In this document: one piece after another, positions 12,351 through 24,758 of the stretch
Position numbering within the stretch: the first letter of the stretch is position 1
Layout of the letters: the number at the start of each line of letters is the position of its first letter
Origin: Psammoneis japonica
Lineage: Eukaryota
Assembly: GCA_008632985.1 (NCBI GenBank)
Contig: QPGO01000012.1
Span: 1 to 64,000 of the forward strand
Direction: 5' to 3'
DNA length: 64,000 nucleotides
The notes under the pieces: generated by a model
What the model was told of the DNA's origin: nothing
Databases searched by the model: none
What the model saw: only the letters and a program-made list of their open reading frames with translations
Translations under genes and position numbers: made by a program

Positions 12351-14046
12351 TCATTCAGTTGGCGTTGCTTCTGGCACACCCTTGACACGAGTCACGGGTC
12401 GATCAATGTGAACAGAGTCGGTTTGAGCATTGTGCAAGGCGAAAAAAGGCCGGGACAAGTCTTCACAGAATTCTCGCATGCGCTGTTTGGCGTCCTGAAG
12501 CGAATCCGCCAAAAAGTACACGGGCTGATAGGTTGTAATGGGAAATTCTTGATAGGCAGCAACCTCTGGATCCCAAGGCTTAATTTCGGGTGGGCTATCC
12601 GCACCAGGATGCTCGTCACTGCAGGCATACTCGAGTTCACCAAACGAAGAAAGGAGTCCGGCGCCATAGGCCTTGTGTAGTCCGTCCTCTTTGCACAATC
12701 CAAACTCCACAGAAAACCAGTAGCATCGAGCAAGTTTGAGAACATCTTCATCGGATGCTCCTAAACTGGCCAGACCAATCTCTTGAGAGAAATCCGCAAA
12801 ATCCCGATCGGCAAACATGGGCGCATGTCCTAAAAGCTCATGACAAATATCAGGCTCGGGCGTGTAGAGAGGCTTGGAGTGATGGCGAATGTACTGCGTG
12901 GAAAAGAAGACTCGAAAGGCAAGGCCATTTAAAAAGTCACGAGACGAAAGCAAATCCGCCACGGGACGCATTCGAAAGTTTGTCTGTTGTTGCAGGAATT
13001 GGCTAATGTCCTCCTGCTGAGGAATGCAATCCCGGCCGTAACCACAATTTTCTTTCATGAGTTGCAGCGAATGTTTGTATTCTTTGCAGGCGTACTTTTC
13101 CCAGAGTCCTTCCATCTTGTCCCACACGGCACCCCACGTTGCAATCTCGTCGGGAGTGTATTCCACGTGCGCAATTGACTTGTGCCATTTATGATTCTTG
13201 GCCGACTCGGTCAATGCGGCCCTTCGTTCTCTGTAGGTTGCGTCGTTGAAACCGGGGTGATCCGACTCCAGATCCGTTCCAGCATCAAGAGTGCGGTCGG
13301 CAACAAGATCAAGCTCGGATATGTGCCGAGGAAACCATTGCACCTGAATTCGACAGAGTGTATTACAGAGCACAGCAGTATTGTGAGACAACACAACATC
13401 ATTCATCGCCATATCACCCGTGACAACAACATCTGTTTCACAAAAGTTGAAATACCTCAAGCTCTTACCTTTTTTTCATCCAGAATCAGCAATTTATCCG
13501 TCAAGGGCTTGAGAGCATCCAGTAGCTTTTCCACGTTTTCATCTCCACGGCTGCCATCAAAGTCGACAAAGAAATCAAACCGCTTGATGTTCCCCCCCGA
13601 ACTGTCAATATGTACCGGCCGCGATTCAATTCGAGTCACATTGACATCATACTTCCAAAAGAATCGAAGAACATCGTGAAGTACGCCCACTCGATCCTTC
13701 AGTTCCATCAAGACGGATGTTCTCGGGTGTCACCTGCATAAGTCATAGAGCCGCCATTCTTTTTCTTCTTTTCCGACTGTGTCAGTACGGGAATTTTGCC
13801 ATGGAACATTTCCCACTCCATGGAGCTAGAATCGGTTCCATGATCAATGTGATGTTCCACCATGTTGTCTTCGTTTAAACGACGGGCTTCTGTCGAAAGC
13901 AAGCTCGCTCCACTACTACTCCGCCCCGCGCCATCACCACGAATGGATGAAATGCTTCTGACACTCAACGACATGATGTGAGACCTGCCAAGTCTAGTAG
14001 CGATCAACTTGCGGCTCAAGGACCGAGACGCTAAAGTCAGCAGCAT
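12351..14046 (-). CDS. PAH: Phenylalanine 4-hydroxylase with N-terminal extension and ACT domain; intron 13344-13468; apparent 1-bp frameshift near 13726
   Basis: ACT motif NVTRIESRP; catalytic [25 protein letters not shown] and [14 protein letters not shown]. The GTAAG/CAG intron joins [17 protein letters not shown]. Confidence 0.93.
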
Positions 14047-14717
14047 TGTGTGAGTTGGCTTTCGTCGAGGAGCAGTGATGTATGTATGATTCGCAACAGA
14101 GAGATTTCCCCCGACAGCTGAAGTGACAAGTGGTGTTCTCACAGCTGGTCGGGTCGGGTGACTGGTGAGAACTTTGGGCTCTTTTCGGGCGTTGGATCTT
14201 GGATCGTGATTGCGATCGTGTCACGTGCAGACGACTACTTCGACTTCTCACCTATCTTCTGTGCGGTGTTGCGATCGAGCGAGTGTTCACCTACCGTATG
14301 CATGATACGTACGTACCGGTACCATACCCACTCCCAACTGGGAGGTCTGTAAGTGGTACGGAAGATGTTCACCCTCTACCGGCAGCTACCGGTACTAGAG
14401 TAGAGAGGTTCCTATTATTGTCGCCTTGCCAAGCTCAACAAAAGACAAAAGCTAAACCAGTGAACACTGAAAGAAAGCACATATGTTTAAAAGAAGGCAT
14501 TTCATGCTTGAAAGAATTTATTGGCTAAATTTTTATTGTTTTTGTTTTCTCGAATGGTGAATCGGGGGTATGTATTTTTTTGTTTTGTTGAGTTCTGAAC
14601 ATGGCGGTAGGTATATACGTGTGCAGCTTTTTGTTGTTCATGATTTTCTTGTAAAGAGTCTTGCCCAGTGTATGCAATTCTTGCGTTCATAACGAGACAT
14701 ACACAGGAGAAATAAAA

Positions 14718-15386
14718 CTAACCGTGAAGAAGGGTCGGCACGAGGGCAACGAGTAGCACCGCCGCACAAATCATCACTGCTTCTTCGACACTCTCTTCCA
14801 TGAGGAGCATCTTTTTCCCATCCGCGAAAAAGGACTCCATGGATGGTTCTTCCACCTTGTGTTCAAGCTCGTGCGGTTCCGATAGCATGGGAGCTGGCTT
14901 TTGTTCGGGGAACAATAGTTCGGCGGGCATTTCATCCTTTAGCATGGATAGCTGGAGAGCAAGATCCTCTTCTAGCATGCGATGCTGAAAGACATCTTCC
15001 GCGTCGACACTGTGCGGAATCTCGGCCGTGTCTAGCAAAAAGTTCTGGACGCGTTCTTTGTGGAGGCCTGCAGAATAATAATAATAGCACGGAACATGAG
15101 AAGCAAGAAGAATTAGTGAGATGAACAAAATCAATTTACACATGGCGTACAAAAGATGCAATACAATCACTCAACTGGTCCGAAGTTGCTCCATTTCTTC
15201 AATGGAACATTTTCCAAAGTGATCGGCGCAATCCTTTGCTCGTTTAACATCAATGTCAAAGGTTTCGAGTGGCGCCGCCTTGGACTCTGCTGCATTGAAC
15301 ACTTTGGTCGTTGCTCTCTGGTAAGCCGCCGGCGGTACAAAGCCAGACACACTGGTAGCAGCACAAATGGCAAGGAGTTTCATCAT
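14718..15386 (-). CDS. Hypothetical plastid-targeted protein; intron 15068-15175
   Basis: Signal peptide followed by an ASAFAP-like SG-FVP motif; an in-phase GT-AG intron joins QLRT-S-LHKERVQ; hydrophobic C-terminus. Confidence 0.7.
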
Positions 15387-15980
15387 GGTGAGAAAAAGGA
15401 AGGAGGTTGTTTTCGTTGTCGGTACTCGTATCTTTTTTATGTTGATGCCGGTCTTCTTCTCTGCTTCGGGGGTGTTTGATTGGGCTTTGGTGGTTCGCGT
15501 TTTGAAACGGCGTTCGCATCGTGACACTCCGTTGCAGTAAAAATAGGAATAAGTATATGTATCTGAATATTTATATTCAGGTAGAAAATGTACCATGCTC
15601 TACAGACGCAGCTGGTCTGTGTCAGTTTGTACCGAAGAACATTCGGACAGACGTTCGCACATTTCGTTTCAATGAAACATACGCTACCGGAGAGTTTTTA
15701 TGATCAGAACTTCCCTCCACCCGCACCGCCACCAATCCACCATCACATTAGGCCTCCCGGTATTATCCATCGGCACTTACTGGCAGCGCACGGGACGAAT
15801 GATGCCGACAGTGAGTGTAACGATCGGAAGATTTCACCCTTGTTCTTTTTCGCAGCAGTTTCTGCAACGGAAACACTTCTCCAGCTGTAACGCGCTTGCT
15901 GTTTTCAAAAGTCGAGTCAGTCGACAATCGACAAGAAGTTGAAACTTTGCTGTATGGGACATATTATGTATGCGCTGACC

Positions 15981-17054
15981 ATGAAACATTCGTACTCGCA
16001 CGACCCATGCAAAAGCACTGTAAGAAGAAGAAAGGCCCTTCTTCTCCTGGTACTATCCTTGTTGATTATACGAACGTCGAAAGCTAAAGCAGCACAAAGA
16101 CTAGCATTTGCTGCCCCCCTCTCCCAAACTAGAGTAGCAGAAAACGTCCAGCCACCCAGCGAGAAACCAGCCTTGATTCGGCATCGAGGTCGTGTCGCCT
16201 ACGATGGAACCGGTTTTGCTGGCTTTCAGATTCAGCCCAATGGCAAGCGAACCGTTCAAGGTCAATTGGAACAAGTCTTGTCTCGTCGATTCAATCGAAC
16301 CGTCCGCGTGGTTGGAGCGGGCAGAACGGATGCGGGAGTGCATGCCAATGGCCAAGCCTTTCATTTTGATTTGTTTCAAGAGGAAATTGAAAAACAACAA
16401 GATGATGTGTTGCCACGATTGCAACATTCCATGAATCGCATGTTGACCCAAGATGTTCGAGTGTGGAACGTGACGCAGGCTCCGCTGCCCGTGCTGATTC
16501 CGCTACGAAACGGAACATCAGGCCTCATTAATTTCCAGTGGCACAGTATTTACAATTCCACACAAAAGCTCTATTCCTATCGCTTCTCGACGGGGTGTGT
16601 CATGAATCCCCTGCTGCGAATGAATCGGTGGCATGTAGACTATAAGGTGGATACGGAACGATTGGCTCGCGTCGTGAAACACTTTGAGGGCACCCACGAC
16701 TTTAGGGCGTTTGCGGGAGCCATTGAACAAAACGAAAAGAAGAATGGACGACCGATTCCAACCATTCGGACAATTGATCGAGCGGAACTCATAAATGAGG
16801 GCAACGGAAATTACAGAATTGATTTCTTGTTGAGGGGTGCTCTGTATAAAATGGTACGAAACATGGTTAGTTCTGCGATTGATGTTTGTAGAGAGGGTGG
16901 ACGAATCAATGAGGAGAAATTGCTTGCGCTTTTGCACCAAGAGCAAGACGAGCCGAATCGGGTGTTCACGAGATACGACAATCGCTGCAAACCCGCTCCA
17001 CCGAATGGGCTCACCCTCGAAAAAGTGTTTTACGATGATGGCACCACATTCTAG
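15981..17054 (+). CDS. truA: tRNA pseudouridine synthase, TruA family
   Basis: YDGTGFAGFQ, AGRTDAGVHA (catalytic Asp), GTHDFRAF, LYKMVRNMV and APPNGLTL; start codon uncertain. Confidence 0.93.
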   Translation: MKHSYSHDPCKSTVRRRKALLLLVLSLLIIRTSKAKAAQRLAFAAPLSQTRVAENVQPPSEKPALIRHRGRVAYDGTGFAGFQIQPNGKRTVQGQLEQVLSRRFNRTVRVVGAGRTDAGVHANGQAFHFDLFQEEIEKQQDDVLPRLQHSMNRMLTQDVRVWNVTQAPLPVLIPLRNGTSGLINFQWHSIYNSTQKLYSYRFSTGCVMNPLLRMNRWHVDYKVDTERLARVVKHFEGTHDFRAFAGAIEQNEKKNGRPIPTIRTIDRAELINEGNGNYRIDFLLRGALYKMVRNMVSSAIDVCREGGRINEEKLLALLHQEQDEPNRVFTRYDNRCKPAPPNGLTLEKVFYDDGTTF

Positions 17055-17224
17055 ATCTGGTGACTGACTCATTGTAAACACTCAAAGATTGATTCGCCAC
17101 CGAAGCATGAATGAAACATAGAGATACTATTCCTACAGGACACAACAACTCCTTCTAAAAAAATATTGTAACAAATGCATTAAATGTTTGGGTATTCGAG
17201 CATGCCTACGCTACTACTCGCTCC

Positions 17225-19648
17225 TCAACTACCATAGCCATTGGCGTCAAACTCAATCGCCGCTGGTTGCTGATCACTGGGTGTTGGCGATCGTTGCTGT
17301 TGGTGTTTTTGCTTGCTAGGCGTCTGGTGCTTAGGCGTCGTCAAGACGGTGAGAGATCGTTCAAAGTCACTCTTGCGTGCCATAATGGTCGTGATTTCCG
17401 AGACAGTCATTCGACTGACATCTTCACCATCAATGGCAATAATGCGATCACCGGGGGCAATCTTGTCCACCAGCACGGATGATGTCCGCACACCAGACAC
17501 CACCGTGCCCTTGGAATCCGCCTTGTTGGCGAGAATAATCCCGAGCTTTCCGGGAGGCGCCATGACGGTCACCTTGGTTCTCTTGACACCCGACCGCCTT
17601 GCTGCCGACGTTCGGCTGGTGCGGCTCGTGCGGGACGTGACACTTCCGCCGCTGCCCACTGGTTTGGTTTGTTCTTGCGATCCCACCATGGCCAATTGCA
17701 TCTCGAGGCGCAACAAATCATTCGCCACGCTTCGGCTCTGCTCCGACATGTGCGACAGGTAGGAACGAGACGATCTGGCGGAGCGGTGCGAGTATCGACT
17801 AGCACGGCTTGCGCGACTCGCTCGGCTGTTGCGGCTCTCGCGACTGCCTACACTGTCGCCCGACGATTTCTCCCTGCGATGACGAGAGGATCGATGGGAC
17901 CGGTGTGACCTGTGCGAACGATGGGATCGGTGTGAACGATGAGACTTGTTTCCCGTGGATGACTTGGATCGTGTCGAGCGACCACTGAGGGATTCCATAT
18001 CCGCGGCAACGCCGGGAGGACCGAGTGCTCCGGCAACCTCATCAAAGAGGAAATCTTCATTGTCGGAATCATCGTCATCCGACGAAACTCCGGCTCGGGA
18101 GCGTCGTTCCCTGCGACGTCTTGTTCGAAGGCGTTCTTTTGCCGAACGGACAGAACCAGTGTCGCTTTTCCCGCTTCCTCGTTTGGAGGCCGACGAAACA
18201 AGTCTTGACGTATCCGTGGCCTCAAGGTTCTGGATAATGTCTGAAACCGAAGCAGACTTTTCTACAGACCGTGAGCCCAGATTATGGGTCCTACGCAAGT
18301 ATTCAGCGTTCAATACGGGAGCTGAATTGACCGAGGAAGACGAGGCCTTGTGTCTCATGCTTCGGCTGCTTCGCTTTTCCTTGGCTTGAGCCAGCAGCGT
18401 TGAGAGAGAAGAGTCCGGGTTGGTAGCAGAAGCCGACGAAGAGTGTCGCTTGTGCTGGGAGTTCTCGGGAGTCGTGCTGAATGCGTTGGTACCAAAGTCT
18501 TCAAATACAGCATTACTCGTAATGGGTGGCTTTTTCTTCTTCTTTTCGGCAGAAGACGAAGTGCTTTGACTTGGAAAGGCCGTGTCAAAGTTTCCAAAAT
18601 CGGCAAAGTTAGCAAAGTCATCGGACTTGTTTGCAGCCGAGCTTGGAGAAAGAGCCTTCGAGGGTGGACTCTCGTTTGCCGTGAACTTGCCACCACTTTC
18701 TTCAAAGCCCGTAGTAAAGTTGGAAGCGTGGACATCGTTCTCCTTGCTCGAATTGCGCGAAGACGGGACTGTCCAAGCTCTCATGTCGTCTTCAGTCTCG
18801 TTTGGCATCGCCATAATGTCTGTGCTTCTTGATTCCGGGGGTGCCTGTACCGGGGAGACCTTCGCCGGAGGAGGAGGGGGAGGAGAAGCCGGCACAACCT
18901 GAGTCTTCTTGTTATCATCGGTAGCTTGCAGGGCAGGGAAAATGTTAGTATCATCGTCTGTGGAAAGGTCGCTCTGACTCTGAGTCACGCCAGAGGTATC
19001 CAGAGCTCCACCTGAATGGGTGGAAAACGGAATAACCCCTCTTCTTCGGAGGTTATTGTACTCGGTATCCTCTGCATCCGTCGAAAGGTTGAAATCAGAA
19101 GAGGAACAGTCCGATCCATTCGAACGATCCTTACTGCGTGGGTCCAACTTTTCAGGAGTCATACCGTAGATTCGGCTGGGGCTCGGAGTCGATAGCTTTT
19201 GCTGCATGTTGAACTGCTGGAGCTGATGATAACTCAGCCCTTCTTGCTTGGGACGGTTATTCTCATCACCGCTCTCCTCGGCAACATCCGAGTCATCCAA
19301 GTCCACCGGCCCAGCGGCAGCCGCGACAACCCAACTACTACTGTTCTTCTTCTTGGGAGACGGAGTACTGACATTCTGTGACGTCAAGTTGTTCCGTGGA
19401 GACAACACCCGCGTCTTATCCACAACACTGGACTGTTCCAGGCCACTGCTGTATTCGGTCGTGCCCGTGATGGACGGCGTATGCTCCTCGATCACTTCTT
19501 CTTCGTCGGGCTTGTTTGGTTTTGGAGGAGTCGCAGATTTCGATGGGGAGGCGTTTTTGGAGGACCGCTGCTTTTTCTTCTTTTTGCTATTCTTGCTCTC
19601 TGCCTCGGTCGCTGGCTTACGCCGAAATAACTTCTTCAGAAAGCCCAT
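17225..19648 (-). CDS. Ser-rich low-complexity protein with a C-terminal PDZ domain
   Basis: 807-aa ORF containing APPGKLGII...GDRIIAIDGEDV; (SHR)n repeat. Confidence 0.85.
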   Translation of the reverse strand: MGFLKKLFRRKPATEAESKNSKKKKKQRSSKNASPSKSATPPKPNKPDEEEVIEEHTPSITGTTEYSSGLEQSSVVDKTRVLSPRNNLTSQNVSTPSPKKKNSSSWVVAAAAGPVDLDDSDVAEESGDENNRPKQEGLSYHQLQQFNMQQKLSTPSPSRIYGMTPEKLDPRSKDRSNGSDCSSSDFNLSTDAEDTEYNNLRRRGVIPFSTHSGGALDTSGVTQSQSDLSTDDDTNIFPALQATDDNKKTQVVPASPPPPPPAKVSPVQAPPESRSTDIMAMPNETEDDMRAWTVPSSRNSSKENDVHASNFTTGFEESGGKFTANESPPSKALSPSSAANKSDDFANFADFGNFDTAFPSQSTSSSAEKKKKKPPITSNAVFEDFGTNAFSTTPENSQHKRHSSSASATNPDSSLSTLLAQAKEKRSSRSMRHKASSSSVNSAPVLNAEYLRRTHNLGSRSVEKSASVSDIIQNLEATDTSRLVSSASKRGSGKSDTGSVRSAKERLRTRRRRERRSRAGVSSDDDDSDNEDFLFDEVAGALGPPGVAADMESLSGRSTRSKSSTGNKSHRSHRSHRSHRSHRSHRSSRHRREKSSGDSVGSRESRNSRASRASRASRYSHRSARSSRSYLSHMSEQSRSVANDLLRLEMQLAMVGSQEQTKPVGSGGSVTSRTSRTSRTSAARRSGVKRTKVTVMAPPGKLGIILANKADSKGTVVSGVRTSSVLVDKIAPGDRIIAIDGEDVSRMTVSEITTIMARKSDFERSLTVLTTPKHQTPSKQKHQQQRSPTPSDQQPAAIEFDANGYGS

Positions 19649-20404
19649 TGTTTACAAACTTACGAGCGAGATACAGAGCAGTCTGATCGATCAGAAGTAT
19701 TCAAATCGTAGGAATCAATCAGCCACTGTCGATCAAAAATTTCTGTCAGCCTCTGACACTCTAGAAACAACAGCCCTTTGCTCTTTCACTACCGCAACTT
19801 ATGCGCTTATTATCAAAACCACGACAAGTCTATCTATCACAGTAGGACAATGTTGTATTGCAGAGCGTCGAGTACGTAGTAAGTAACGCAATGCCGCGGC
19901 CATGAACAACGCAAAAACACAACACACCGCCCACGCGCACACGATTGTGCGACGGTTAGCGTTGGTTGTTTCACGTGGCGCCGGCGCGGTGTTTTACGTT
20001 GCGTACGTACCATGTGATACGGCCTTTGTTTCTGGGATTCAAAAACGTATGTATGCCTACAAATACGAATACTATTCATAATCACAACGGAATGCGCGGA
20101 ATCCTTCCCGATCAAAAATTCGTTGGAAATGACACCTAATGTACAACATCAGTTCCGATGAAAAAGCCGATAACGGGTCTTGTCAAGCGACCAAGCACTA
20201 TTCGCACGATTAGCTTTTTTTATGTGTGTAAGAATGAAATATATATGTACATGAATATGAAAGATGTTCATTCTTGCGAGGCATGTCTGTCGTGTCGTTT
20301 TGTCCGTCACAAAATTTTGACAAAATCGAAAAAAAATGGAAAATAACAACACACAGCACACACAAACAACTTGCAAAGCAACATGACTGCTCGCTTGCAT
20401 CATT

Positions 20405-23224
20405 ATGGACAACGACAATGACGAAAACGACACGTCCATACCTTCCATTTTTGATAGAATTTGTTTTGAATTTGGAGAAAAGGATGCCATAGTTTTTTCA
20501 AACAAGCAACCGCTTTGCTACTTGGAGCTCCAACAATCCTATCTTGCCTTGGCGTGCCAGCTCTACTTTCGATATCGTCCAACGTATTGTCTTGTGGATG
20601 TTCGAGGTGAAGTTGCCGCTGAAGCCGTCTCTATGTTGGCGTGTATGAGAATTGGCGTCCCGTTTGTACCCGTCAGTGCAGACACACATCATGCCGGCAA
20701 GAGGCTAGAGGCCATTGTCAGCTCACTCCGTAATGCCAGTGCAAGCGACTCTCGTATTGTTGCAATCGTCCAATGCGACAATGACAAGGATCCTATTCTT
20801 ACGCATTATTCAAATGTCAATGTGCACAATGTTGTTTATGTCAACAATCGAGGCGATCTCGTGGAACCCATGAATGTGTCCGACTCGCTACCCAACTGCT
20901 TTGAAAATGACGAAATGTACGTCTTGTTTACGTCGGGTACATCGGGAAACACGCCAAAAGCCGTGGTGGGTTCGGCCAAGAGTACGTTGCATCGGTTGAA
21001 GTGGTTTGCAAAAGAATTTCCCTCCAAACAAAACACGGTCATTGCACGACGAAACAAGCTTGCCTTTGTCGATTCCATCACGGAACTGTTTTCCGCACTC
21101 TTGTTTCCTCCGGCTGTCTTGTATGCCATTGACGAGTTGGAAGAACAAGGAATCTCTGCTATACTGAATACACCTTGTACCAGAGTCACCATGCTTCCAT
21201 CGCAACTCTCTCAGTTGTTAATGCTTGCTCCAACGATGCCATCATCCCACTCGCTCGAGATGATTGTTGTTTCGGGCGAACCTTGTCCCTCTAATCTACT
21301 TGGCGACTTTACCAAGCTTTTTCCAAACACTGTGTTGATCAACTTATACGGACAGACAGAGTCTACGGGGGACGTCCTTTGCGCAGTCTTGACGGAAATG
21401 AATCATCCCATTGTGAACAATGTCGTTTCGGTGGGAAAGCCAATTCCGGGCGTGTCCTTACAAAACAACAACGAATTGGTGGTATCTGGAAATTTAGCCG
21501 CGCGGTACTTGCATTCCAAAACTCACTTTACATCATTTCCTACCGGTGATGTTGGGTTTGAATACAAGGGCAACTGGTACGTTCGGGGTCGATTGGATGA
21601 TGTGTGCAAGGTGAATGGAATAATCACGTCTCCGTCCGAAGTCGAAGCTGTTGTCATGGATGTTTACAACATTACATCCTGTGCGGCGTGCATTATCGAT
21701 TCCAATGTGTACGTGTTGGTAGAGCAGCAAGTTTCGTTTAGTAGAGAGAAAATGAGAAACGCTGCTGGAGTTCCTTGGAATCTTGTTCCAAAAGAGATGT
21801 TTTGCGTCGAATCTCTTTTTCGCTCCGGGAGCGCTGGTAAAATCGATCGAGCGCGAGTGCGTCAACATGTAATGGACATTCTTTCAAAAGGCAAACAGCT
21901 GGACCGAGAAGAAAGCCAAGACGAGGTTGATTTGATTTTGCATGAGGTTCTTGGCGTACAAGTTCTTGATTCCACCAAGTCGTTTGTTGAGATGGGAGGA
22001 GACTCGGCCCTCGCCATTACACTCTTGTACAAATTGCGAGCGGCCGGGAAATGTGGAAAGGAAATGACAGCATGGCACATTCTGAACGCGAATAGCATTT
22101 GTGAACTCAAGGGTTTGATTCTTGATGAACGATGCTTGAAGCGAAGGCGACCAGAGAATGAAATCCAGGTTCAAGAGCCCGCATTTGAGAAAAGGGAGAT
22201 TCTGCACTTGACAGAGGGACATGTTGCAGTCCAGTTTAAAGCTTGTGTAGATGCAGCACCGCTGGTACACGGTGCTGACATTTACGCTGCCTGCCAGGGT
22301 GGCATCATCCAAAGGATTGTGGATGGAAACGAGGTAGCGTCAGTTTTCGATTTGGGGTGTAGCATTCAAGCAGATTTGATCGTCGTGGACGATTCCATCA
22401 TTGCGTGCGGGTATGATTCGGAAAAGGAGGACGGGATTGTAGCGGCCATTAAACTTGATTTATCAGAAGCAAAATGGACCAGGAAAATGAATGGAATGAT
22501 TAAATCTCGCCCTGTCCATATCGATTCCTCCGTCTACGTTTTAGCTGGGAAACACTTGCACATTATGAGGGCTCAAGATGGTGACGATACAGCTATACTT
22601 GATCTCCCTTCTGGAACTGAATCTTCGCCTACAGTCGCTACTACCGAGAAAGCCTCCCGATGTATTGTGTACGCATTTAGTGACTGGGATGCAAGCTTAG
22701 AGATGGTGACAGAATCCACGGTTACGCACATTCCTGGAGTTGAGTACCCGGTGTACTCTGATCTTTTAAATACAGATGACAATACTGTGTTTTTCGGTGA
22801 TATCTGCGGCCATCTCCATGCCGTCAATGTCAGTAGTGGCTCCGAAAGAAAACATCAGGTATCAAACAAGCCCATCTTTAGCGGACCAGCACTCCTCTCA
22901 AATGGAACGATTGTATTTGGTTGCCACGATGGAATTGTTCGTTGTGTCAACAACTCAGATTTATCCATACGCTGGGAATATGATGCTCGTTCCGTGGTGT
23001 ACTCGAAACCTCTTGTGTTGGAGGACGATTCGATTGTTGTCTGTTCGACAGCCGGTGATATCATCAACCTATCAAAGTGCGGAGAGGAAAGTTGTCGGTG
23101 CAAGATTGATGGGGAGATATGGTCAGATCCCGTCATGATAGACAAGAGTCGAATAGCAGTGGGTGGTCGGGACTCAAAACTGCATATTGTTGACCTGGGC
23201 TGTTCTACCGCAGAGCGACAGTAG
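20405..23224 (+). CDS. AASDH: AASDH/ACSF4-like NRPS-type enzyme (adenylation + phosphopantetheine carrier + PQQ-like beta-propeller)
   Basis: YVLFTSGTSGNTPKAV, NLYGQTE, TGD, GKIDR, carrier motif MGGDS and C-terminal propeller repeats. Confidence 0.88.
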   Translation: MDNDNDENDTSIPSIFDRICFEFGEKDAIVFSNKQPLCYLELQQSYLALACQLYFRYRPTYCLVDVRGEVAAEAVSMLACMRIGVPFVPVSADTHHAGKRLEAIVSSLRNASASDSRIVAIVQCDNDKDPILTHYSNVNVHNVVYVNNRGDLVEPMNVSDSLPNCFENDEMYVLFTSGTSGNTPKAVVGSAKSTLHRLKWFAKEFPSKQNTVIARRNKLAFVDSITELFSALLFPPAVLYAIDELEEQGISAILNTPCTRVTMLPSQLSQLLMLAPTMPSSHSLEMIVVSGEPCPSNLLGDFTKLFPNTVLINLYGQTESTGDVLCAVLTEMNHPIVNNVVSVGKPIPGVSLQNNNELVVSGNLAARYLHSKTHFTSFPTGDVGFEYKGNWYVRGRLDDVCKVNGIITSPSEVEAVVMDVYNITSCAACIIDSNVYVLVEQQVSFSREKMRNAAGVPWNLVPKEMFCVESLFRSGSAGKIDRARVRQHVMDILSKGKQLDREESQDEVDLILHEVLGVQVLDSTKSFVEMGGDSALAITLLYKLRAAGKCGKEMTAWHILNANSICELKGLILDERCLKRRRPENEIQVQEPAFEKREILHLTEGHVAVQFKACVDAAPLVHGADIYAACQGGIIQRIVDGNEVASVFDLGCSIQADLIVVDDSIIACGYDSEKEDGIVAAIKLDLSEAKWTRKMNGMIKSRPVHIDSSVYVLAGKHLHIMRAQDGDDTAILDLPSGTESSPTVATTEKASRCIVYAFSDWDASLEMVTESTVTHIPGVEYPVYSDLLNTDDNTVFFGDICGHLHAVNVSSGSERKHQVSNKPIFSGPALLSNGTIVFGCHDGIVRCVNNSDLSIRWEYDARSVVYSKPLVLEDDSIVVCSTAGDIINLSKCGEESCRCKIDGEIWSDPVMIDKSRIAVGGRDSKLHIVDLGCSTAERQ

Positions 23225-24011
23225 CAAGATGAATGGCGAGAAGACGCGCCCCGAGAGCTTGAGAAGTTGCGTCGATCAGTGGACATGATTTCAATTACGA
23301 GAGGCTGTGGTCTTACGCTTGACAGGGACTGGACGGCACCACATACTGCAAGGTCGATGCGTCTTCTGTAAACCCCTTGGTATGGCAAGGTGAAGAGATG
23401 TTGAGTCGAACATTGCCTGACGCGGGACAAGATATTCCAAGATACGGGCAAGTAGTTTCTCTCCGAGCAATGAAGCAGCAGTACGAGTTATCTCCTTCGC
23501 CCTAGCAACACACGCGCAATTTTCTTCCTTCAATTTCGCCATTTTAAAGGGAAGCTTCTTTGCGTCTTCGTAGTGTAGCAAGAGCTTTGACGATCTCGCT
23601 TTTCCGACGTCATGATGGGCGCTTAGAAGCCGATGTGTCGATCAGGGCGTATCTTTTCTTCTTGAAAATGATCGTAGATGAAACCATGAGGATAATGAGC
23701 CCTTTCATACAAACACACATTTCCTTTGCTTGTCGGGATCTTGAGTACTACTCTCTCGCTGGTTGGTCAAGATGAGCTCAACCCGATGAAGGCCCAGTGC
23801 CATTTCCCTGCCTTACTCTTGCCACTCATAATCGAAGTTTTGCAGCGGTTCAAGAAAATCTGAAATGTTATCGGTACGATATGCGATGCGCGAGCGAATT
23901 CGCTAACGATTTTGATTGGCCCTCGAAATTTTCGCGATTAGCGTGGAAGAATATTTCCATTGCCGTGGACAATAAAAATCCACTTCGCAGACACTATACA
24001 TTTCCATCACC

Positions 24012-24758
24012 ATGTCAGATGAACCAAACTGTCTTTTGATGTGCTCGCTGTGCGCCAAGCCAGTTACAAATACTGGTCAGCCTCTCAAGAAATGTGGAGC
24101 GTGCAAACTCCGCACGTATTGTGACAAAAAGTGCCAGATCATCGATTGGAAAGTGGGTGGGCACAAGCGATACTGCGGCACCGCAGACCACCCAAACAGT
24201 GTCAATCACCAGCCTTGGTGTGCCTATCTAGACAGAGACCCTGAACTTGACGCGGAATGTCTCGTAGAAACCCATAGGATCAAAACGAACCCTCGTGAGC
24301 TCATCACGACAGGAATGAATACCTGCATGTTACTTGCCATCAAGACCCCAAACGAGATAACGGGTTGGCATGCTTCTTCTGAGAGCCTTGTTAGATACCG
24401 ACAACAGATCCAAAGAAAGCTCAGTTCAATAGCAAAGGAGGATTGTATCTCGATATTTCTCGTTCCTGGTGAAGATAGAGAGAAAGACTCGTTGGTTCTC
24501 AAGCGGACATGCCGGACCATGCGAGAATTGCCGTGGACTGATCCCTGTTACTCAAGAGACCTCATTTTCAACTTTTTAAAGCAGTTCACGTGGTTCGAAG
24601 ACGTCCAGATTATGTCGCCGGTCGACTCGTACAAGGACTTTGTTGTCTTTGATATGGCACACAAGCGCCCATACAGCTTTAGCAATCCAGCACTGTTCGA
24701 TCAGGGCTGCGCCTTTGATGCGAATGTCGACGAGTCTCTAGCTAGAATGTCCTTGTAA
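24012..24758 (+). CDS. MYND zinc-finger protein
   Basis: CSLC...CGACKLRTYCDKKCQIIDWKVGGHKRYC. Confidence 0.85.
   Translation: MSDEPNCLLMCSLCAKPVTNTGQPLKKCGACKLRTYCDKKCQIIDWKVGGHKRYCGTADHPNSVNHQPWCAYLDRDPELDAECLVETHRIKTNPRELITTGMNTCMLLAIKTPNEITGWHASSESLVRYRQQIQRKLSSIAKEDCISIFLVPGEDREKDSLVLKRTCRTMRELPWTDPCYSRDLIFNFLKQFTWFEDVQIMSPVDSYKDFVVFDMAHKRPYSFSNPALFDQGCAFDANVDESLARMSL

Noticed and set aside
20405..23224. Secondary-metabolite NRPS cluster
   Set aside because: The A-T-propeller architecture is the conserved AASDH; no condensation domain or tailoring genes.
23291..23581. Small convergent ORF downstream of AASDH
   Set aside because: The frame is not consistently conserved with the duplicate at 27500-27810; insufficient support.
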